Shown here: piece after piece, positions 58,716 to 64,000 of the stretch
Numbering within the stretch: the first letter of the stretch is position 1
Layout of the letters: every line of letters starts with the position of its first letter
DNA from: an uncultured Chloroflexia bacterium
Lineage (GTDB): Bacteria > Chloroflexota > Limnocylindria > Limnocylindrales > CSP1-4
DNA: 64,000 nt
Direction: 5' to 3'
Assembly (NCBI GenBank): GCA_963806265.1
Contig: CAWDXT010000027.1
Location: forward strand, 135,214-199,213
The notes under the pieces: generated by a model
Seen by the model: only the letters and a program-made list of their open reading frames with translations
Told to the model about the DNA's origin: nothing
The model's database searches: none
Made by a program: the position numbers and the translations under genes

Positions 58716-60497
58716 CTAGGAACCGACGCCCACGAGCGGGCGGTCCGGAGCCGTTGACAGGATGGTGACGACACCCTTCCTGGGGTTGCTGGCGTCGACC
58801 CGGATCCGGTCCCCGGTCTTGATGCGCGTGGTCCCCATCGAGGTGCCGACGACGGCAGGGATGCCGTACTCGCGCGCCAGGACGGCCGGATGGGACGCGG
58901 TGCCGCCGGCGTCGGTCACCACCGCGATGATCTTGCCGTACAGCACCTGCCAGGCCGGGTTGGTCATCTCGCACACCAGGATCTCCCCGTCCTGCAGGCC
59001 GTCGAACTCGCTCTCGGACAGGACGACGCGGGCGACCCCTTCGATCACGCCGGGAGACCCGGCGATGCCTTCGACCGTGTCCTGCTGTCCTTCGGCCGAG
59101 CGATGGAACTTCTCGGGGAAGCCCCACAGACCGAGGTACGGGAACGCCAGCTGGGTCTCGGTCGCCGTGCCGACCCAATCGCGCGGACGCGTCCGCTCCG
59201 CCTCGGCGCGCCTGGCCCGCGCCGCAGCGACGATCGCGCGGCCGTCGATCCCGGTCGGATCGCCGATGAACGCTCGCAGCTCGTTGTAGTGGAACATGAT
59301 CACGTCGTCGGGGCGGTCGAGCACCCCCATGTCGACCAGCTTCTCGCCGAGCGCGATGAGCACCAGGCGGACGTGCGCGTTGGCACCCTGGTCGATGTAG
59401 AAGTGATGGTCCGGCGTGAGCGGCGCCATCCGAAGGTTGATCTCGTTGGCGGCGCGCATCTCCTCGAGCGCCTCACCCTCGAGCCCCTCGAGGATCTCCG
59501 TGGCCGCCGCGTCGATGTCGGCCTTCAGCTTCGCAACGGCGCGCGGATAGTCGTAGCCCGACGCGTACTGGTCGCGGACGAGCTGGATCACCGGCGTCAT
59601 GTCCTCCCGGAAGCTGGGGAAGATGAACTCGTGGCTCCAGACGGCGTGCCAGCCGAACTCGTTCTGATACGGCACCACCCGCTCGTCGATGAAGCGGCGA
59701 CCCCTGTCGCTGGCCTTGAGCGCCGGGATGATCTCGACCGCGGACGGGCTCCCGAACGCCGCCGCGAGCTCGGCGTCCGCCTTGACCTCCTCCTTCATCT
59801 CCCACAACGCCCGGATCTTGTCCCAGTTGCGGTCGCTCGCCGATGCCTGCAGCCGGCCCAGGAGGACCTCGTCGATGCTGCCATGGGTCTTCTCCATGAC
59901 CGCCCGGAGGTTGAGGGTGGCGCTCAGCTGCGCGAAGTTCAGCATCCAGTGGATCTTCCAGTGGCGATCGTGCATGTCGATCGCGTCCTCGAGCAGGACC
60001 GCGACCTCCGCGAGGCTCATCTCGTCCTTTCGATCGAGCATGCTCTCGAGGTAGTCGAAGTTGCGCTGCATCTCGGGCACGAACCGCGTCCGCCACCACT
60101 CGACGAACCGTTGGCCGTAGACGGGCAGGACCGCGCCGAGGTAGGCCCCGATCCGTCCCGCGTACGCATCGTCCCGGGGCACGATCGCCCGAGTGGCAAG
60201 GTCGTACTCCTGGGTCACGACCTCGAGGCCGTTCTCGGCAGGGATCGCCGCCGTGTACAGGTAGCCGTTGACGTTCTTGTAGATCCAGTCCGTCGCGAAC
60301 GGCGTCCCGAAGCGCCGGAACATGTGGTCGCAGCTCAGCCACCAGCCACCGATGTCCTCGTACATCGGGCTCAGCGGCTTGGGGCAGTGGAGATCGTCGT
60401 AGACCCAGAACAGGAGCTGCTCGGTCTCCGACGACCATTCGATGGGGAACGACGCATCCCCCAGGAACTGGTCGAGGACTTTCTCCTTCAGGGGCAC
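58716..60497 (-). CDS. PEP-utilising-enzyme mobile (swivel phospho-His) domain protein with a helical N-terminal region of about 450 aa and unknown function.
   Basis: C-terminus GVIEGVARVV...GEILVCEMTNPAWQVLYGKIIAVVTDAGGTASHPAVLAREYGIPAVVGT. The N-terminal region has no ATP-grasp motifs. The overall layout recalls the His-carrying subunit of phenylphosphate-synthase-type enzymes. Confidence 0.7.
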   Translation of the reverse strand: MPLKEKVLDQFLGDASFPIEWSSETEQLLFWVYDDLHCPKPLSPMYEDIGGWWLSCDHMFRRFGTPFATDWIYKNVNGYLYTAAIPAENGLEVVTQEYDLATRAIVPRDDAYAGRIGAYLGAVLPVYGQRFVEWWRTRFVPEMQRNFDYLESMLDRKDEMSLAEVAVLLEDAIDMHDRHWKIHWMLNFAQLSATLNLRAVMEKTHGSIDEVLLGRLQASASDRNWDKIRALWEMKEEVKADAELAAAFGSPSAVEIIPALKASDRGRRFIDERVVPYQNEFGWHAVWSHEFIFPSFREDMTPVIQLVRDQYASGYDYPRAVAKLKADIDAAATEILEGLEGEALEEMRAANEINLRMAPLTPDHHFYIDQGANAHVRLVLIALGEKLVDMGVLDRPDDVIMFHYNELRAFIGDPTGIDGRAIVAAARARRAEAERTRPRDWVGTATETQLAFPYLGLWGFPEKFHRSAEGQQDTVEGIAGSPGVIEGVARVVLSESEFDGLQDGEILVCEMTNPAWQVLYGKIIAVVTDAGGTASHPAVLAREYGIPAVVGTSMGTTRIKTGDRIRVDASNPRKGVVTILSTAPDRPLVGVGS

Positions 60498-60576
60498 CGG
60501 TGCTACCTCCTTGCCTGCCTTGCGTCGTCCCGGCGACGTGTTCCCAGCCGTTGGCCAGTGCGTTCCCGGCCGTTGG

Positions 60577-61416
60577 TCAGTGCGCCGGGGGCGCGGCGCG
60601 CGTGATCATCTTGAAGCGCTGCATGTTCTCGGTGATCGCCACCTCCGTCGGGAGCCGCTCCATGCTCGAGGCGCCGAAGAACCCGGCCACACCGTTCGTA
60701 TGGTCGAGGATGAACTGCGCGTCATCCGGCTCCGCGATCGGGCCACCGTGGCAGAGCACGATGACGTCCGGGTTGACCGCCACCGCAGCATCCCGGATCG
60801 CCTGCACCCGCTCGGCCGACGCCCCGAGCGTGAGCGCGGTGGTGGCACCGATCGCGCCCTTGGTGGTCAGGCCCATGTGGGCCACGACGACGTCGGCCCC
60901 TGCCCCGGTCATCGCCGTCGCCTGCTCCGGGTCGAACACGTAGGGCGTCGTGAGCAGCCCGGCGGCATGCGCCGCTCGGATCATCTCGACCTCGAGCCCG
61001 TAGCCCATGCCGGTCTCCTCGAGGTTCTGGCGGAACTGCCCGTCGCACAGGCCAACCGTCGGGAAGTTCTGGACGCCGGAGAAGCCGACCCGTCTGATCT
61101 CTTCGAGGAACACCGGCATCAGCCGGAACGGATCGGTGCCGCACACGCCGGCCAGCACGGGCGTCTCGCGAACGACGGGCAGCACCTCGCCCGCCATCTC
61201 CATCACGATCGCGTTGGCGTCGCCATAGGGCATCATCCCGGCCAGGGATCCCCGGCCGGCCATCCGGTAGCGACCCGAGTTGTAGATGATGATCAGGTCG
61301 GCGCCGCCGGCCTCGGCACATTTCGCCGACAGCCCGGTCCCGGCACCCGCACCCATGATCACGCCGCCATCGGCGAGCGTCCTCCGCAGCCGCGCGAGCG
61401 CCTCCTGGCCGGTCAT
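60577..61416 (-). CDS. PEP-hydrolase-like TIM-barrel protein (TIM-br_sig_trns family; Tm-1 C-terminal-domain homologue).
   Basis: [51 protein letters not shown]...[12 protein letters not shown]...[11 protein letters not shown]...[12 protein letters not shown] 61416 overlaps the upstream stop (ATGA). Confidence 0.75.
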   Translation of the reverse strand: MTGQEALARLRRTLADGGVIMGAGAGTGLSAKCAEAGGADLIIIYNSGRYRMAGRGSLAGMMPYGDANAIVMEMAGEVLPVVRETPVLAGVCGTDPFRLMPVFLEEIRRVGFSGVQNFPTVGLCDGQFRQNLEETGMGYGLEVEMIRAAHAAGLLTTPYVFDPEQATAMTGAGADVVVAHMGLTTKGAIGATTALTLGASAERVQAIRDAAVAVNPDVIVLCHGGPIAEPDDAQFILDHTNGVAGFFGASSMERLPTEVAITENMQRFKMITRAAPPAH

Positions 61417-62672
61417 GCTCCTCCTCCATGGATCGAGGCCGTGGCCGGATGAGTCTCCGACCACGCCCGGTACAGCTCGTCGAGCCGGTCCGCCATCGCT
61501 CCTGCAAACGCCGGGTCGTTGATGTCGGTCGCCATCTCGACCACCTCGACGTCCCCGCGGAGACCGGCCCTGAGCTCCCTGACCAGCGCCGCATCGGCGG
61601 CCGGGTCGTGGAACGGCGCATCGGGCACGTCGATCATCGACACGCCGGCCGTCGGGATGAACACCGCCAGCGGACCGCCCGCGGCGTTGAGCTTGCGGGC
61701 CAGGATGCGACCCAGCTCGGCACATTCCGCCTCGGTGGTCCGCATCAACGTGACGGACGCGTTGTGGCGATACAGGTTGCGGTCGCGGAACCGGTCGGGG
61801 ACCGTGTCGAGCGGCCCGAAGTTGACCATGTCCAGCGCGCCCAGCGACACCACCTGGGGCAGCCCCAGCGCTCCGGCGGCCTCCAGCCGGTCGGGCCCGG
61901 CCGACAGCACGCCGCCCACGAGCTCGTCGGCCAGCTCGGTGGTCGTGATGTCGAGCGCCCCCGTGATGAACCCGGCGCGCATCAGCGCCTCCATCGCCTG
62001 GCCACCGGCACCCGTGGCGTGGAACACCAGCACCTCGTAGCCGCGCGCCTCGAGGAGCTCGCGCGCGACCGTGACGCATGGCGTCGTGACGCCGAACATG
62101 GTCGCGCCGATGAGCGGCCTGCCGGGAGCCTGCGTGCCGCGCGACGATGCCGAGCGTGCCATGCCTGCGATCGCGGCCGCGGCATTGTCCAGGATCCGCT
62201 CGGAGATCGCGTTGAGGCCCGCGATATCGACCACCGAGTACAGCATCGCGATGTCGCTGGTGCCGACGTAGGCGCGCGTGTCGCCCGAGGCCATCGTCGA
62301 CACGAGCAGCTTCGGGACGCCGATCGGCAGAGCCCGCATCGCGGCCGAGATGAGCGACGAGCCTCCCGACCCACCGAGACCCACGATCCCGTCGAGCCGA
62401 CCCTCGGCGTGGAGCCGTCGCGCAACCTCCACCGCGCCCCGGGTCATCGCCTCGACGGCCGGGCCACGGTCGCCCGCCGCGGCCAGCGCTGCCCGGTTCT
62501 CGCCCGCGGCGGCTGCCACCGCGTCGGCCGTGATGTCGGCACCCGTCGATGACCCCATCACGCCCGCGTCGACGACGAGCGCGTCGCAGCCGAGCTCGCG
62601 GATCCGGTCGCGGAGGAACTCGTGCTCGGCAGCCTTGGTGTCGAGCGTTCCGAGGACCACGACGACCGCCAT
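61413..62672 (-). CDS. UPF0261 family protein (Tm-1 N-terminal-like ATP-binding domain).
   Basis: [24 protein letters not shown]...[34 protein letters not shown]...[12 protein letters not shown]...[16 protein letters not shown]...[16 protein letters not shown]. Confidence 0.75.
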   Translation of the reverse strand: MAVVVVLGTLDTKAAEHEFLRDRIRELGCDALVVDAGVMGSSTGADITADAVAAAAGENRAALAAAGDRGPAVEAMTRGAVEVARRLHAEGRLDGIVGLGGSGGSSLISAAMRALPIGVPKLLVSTMASGDTRAYVGTSDIAMLYSVVDIAGLNAISERILDNAAAAIAGMARSASSRGTQAPGRPLIGATMFGVTTPCVTVARELLEARGYEVLVFHATGAGGQAMEALMRAGFITGALDITTTELADELVGGVLSAGPDRLEAAGALGLPQVVSLGALDMVNFGPLDTVPDRFRDRNLYRHNASVTLMRTTEAECAELGRILARKLNAAGGPLAVFIPTAGVSMIDVPDAPFHDPAADAALVRELRAGLRGDVEVVEMATDINDPAFAGAMADRLDELYRAWSETHPATASIHGGGA

Positions 62673-62833
62673 TCGCCACCTTTCCCCGCACGATCCGGCC
62701 CGGCCGGGCCCCGCCTGCGGCACACGTTCGGGCACCCTCGCAGCGCCTGCGCCCCCGGCCCCGGGCACCGAACGCAGCCGTCCGGGCCGGGTGCCTTGCT
62801 GCCGGGTCCTCGGCGCGCTGGTACCCTCGTGAC

Positions 62834-62856
62834 ATCGATAATCGATTGTCGATAAC
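62834..62856. promoter_or_regulatory. Candidate operator A: three tandem 7-bp units built on the palindromic hexamer ATCGAT.
   Basis: ATCGATA ATCGATT GTCGATA AC sits in the 307-bp divergent intergenic region between the UPF0261 operon (minus) and the transaldolase gene (plus). It is AT-rich in a very GC-rich background. Confidence 0.6.
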
Positions 62857-62897
62857 GGTAGGTCGGCCGGCCCGGTCAGTCAAGCCGAACCGGGCGT

Positions 62898-62926
62898 ACA
62901 ATCGATGATCGATGATACCCGATCGG
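62898..62926. promoter_or_regulatory. Candidate operator B: the same heptad repeat.
   Basis: ACA ATCGATG ATCGATG ATACCCG ATCGG, 42 bp downstream of operator A. Confidence 0.55.
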
Positions 62927-62979
62927 CGTCACCCGGAAGGCTGGCCGGTCAGCCGCACGCGAGCGCTGAGGTGCCTTCG

Positions 62980-64000
62980 ATGAGCCCAGCCCCGACGGCA
63001 GCAGGAAGCCCCCTCCTGCGCATGACGCAGACGACCCCGACCCAGTACTGGAACGACTCCTGTGCCGCGGACGACCTCGAGTACGCGATCGATCGCGGGG
63101 CGACCGGCGCCACGTCCAATCCCAGCATCGTGCTCGAGGTGATGCGCTGCGAGCGCGAGCGCTGGGAACCTCGCGTCTTCGAGCTTGCGGCCGCGCACCC
63201 CACGTGGTCCGAGGTTGAGCTCGCGTGGGCCATCAGCGAGGAGATCGCGGTCCGCGCCGCCGGCGTGCTTGCGCCCGTCTTCGAGCGAGCGGAACACCGG
63301 GCCGGGCGGCTGTCATTCCAGGTGGACCCGGCCGACCACCGGGATCCCGATCGCATGCTCGAGCAGGCCGTCCGGTTCGCTGCGCTGGCGCCCAACATCC
63401 AGGTCAAGTTCCCGGTGACGGCTGCCGGCCTCGTGGCGATCGAGGAGGCAACCGCGCGCGGCATCAACATCACGGCCACGGTCTCGTTCACGGTCGCCCA
63501 GGCGATCGCCGCCGCCGAGGCGGTGGAGCGTGGCCTCGACCGGCGCCCGGGCGGCGGCGACGACGGCCATGTGATGGCACCGATGGTCGTGCTCATGATC
63601 GGCAGGCTCGACGACTGGATGAAGGTCCTGGTCGAGCGCGACGCGCTGGCCGTTCATCCGGCGGCGCCGGCGTGGGCCGGGATCGCGGTGTTCAAGCGAG
63701 CGTATGCGCAGTTCCGCGAACGCGGCTATCGGTCGCGTCTGCTGGCGGCTGCCTATCGACACCGGCTCCACTGGACCGAGCTTGTCGGCGCGGACGCCAG
63801 CCTCACGCTGACCCATGCCTGGCAGGTGCGCTTCAATCGCAGCGGAATCGATCCCGGATCCGCGGATCGACATCCCGGTGGATCCGGCGCTCGTCGACGA
63901 CCTGTACCGCCGCGTCCCCGACTTCCGCCGCGCCTACGACCCGGACGGCATGACGCCGGACGAGTTCGAAGGCTACGGTGCGAGCGCCCGGACGCTGCGT
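62980..64000 (+). pseudogene. Transaldolase-family protein. The 3' end lies outside the window and there is one frame break near 63855.
   Basis: This open frame is not in the ORF track because it has no stop inside the window. MTQTTPTQYWNDSCAADDLEYAIDRGATGATSNPSIV...LSFQVDP...IQVKFPVTAAGLVAIEEATARGINITATVSF. After GIDP the homologous text (RIDIPVDPALVDDLYRRVPDFRRAYDPDGMTPDEFEGYGA) continues in another frame. Confidence 0.75.

Noticed and set aside
61417-62901. The upstream two thirds of the 774-aa ORF 60577..62901.
   Set aside because: Only the last 279 codons (from ATG 61416) encode the TIM-barrel protein. The upstream part overlaps the UPF0261 gene in another frame and is Arg/Gly-rich nonsense.

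Overview
Very GC-rich chromosomal DNA (third codon positions are almost always G/C). It looks like a high-GC monoderm-type bacterium (Actinobacteria- or Chloroflexi-like); I cannot assign the taxon from sequence alone. I can support about 53 protein-coding genes. I recognised no rRNA, tRNA, CRISPR array, transposase, integrase or phage genes. Layout by region: (1) 1-6.9 kb is a decayed or rearranged NAD-linked formate dehydrogenase locus with an inserted Ca2+/H+ antiporter and an alpha/beta hydrolase. (2) 7.1-9.7 kb holds a GAF histidine kinase and a NarL-type regulator. (3) 10.3-23.1 kb is a co-directional 11-gene block: Rieske protein, two TPR proteins, an NHL beta-propeller, three multihaem c-type cytochromes (at least 19 CXXCH motifs in total) and a System II cytochrome c maturation set (ResB, CcsA, ResA). 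I read this as a candidate quinol-to-cell-surface electron conduit. (4) 23-48 kb is mostly housekeeping: fdhD, an F420/PPOX-type protein, a PLP decarboxylase, tryptophanase-family lyase, MscS, a DoxX-Rieske fusion, NagZ, an RlpA-like protein, a DNA glycosylase, saccharopine dehydrogenase, metH, an S41 peptidase, a GT2 transferase, an acyl-CoA ligase and mmuM. (5) 48-62.7 kb is a 14.6 kb unit made of two convergent operons. Both outer promoter regions carry the same AT-rich ATCGAT heptad-repeat motif. The unit combines an SDR, an MBL hydrolase, a PPDK-like protein that lacks its PEP/pyruvate barrel and has an unknown C-terminal domain, a Zn-ADH, a three-subunit xanthine-dehydrogenase-family molybdoenzyme, an HprK-like P-loop protein, a GntR regulator, a second swivel-His (PEP-utilising) protein, and the UPF0261 plus PEP-hydrolase-like TIM-barrel pair. 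I think this second block is the most likely undescribed system. (6) A transaldolase-family gene runs off the 3' end. Caveat: about ten genes show reading-frame breaks, several at short homopolymers. These breaks are concentrated in the formate dehydrogenase alpha gene and one cytochrome gene. All frameshift positions and many start codons are approximate.
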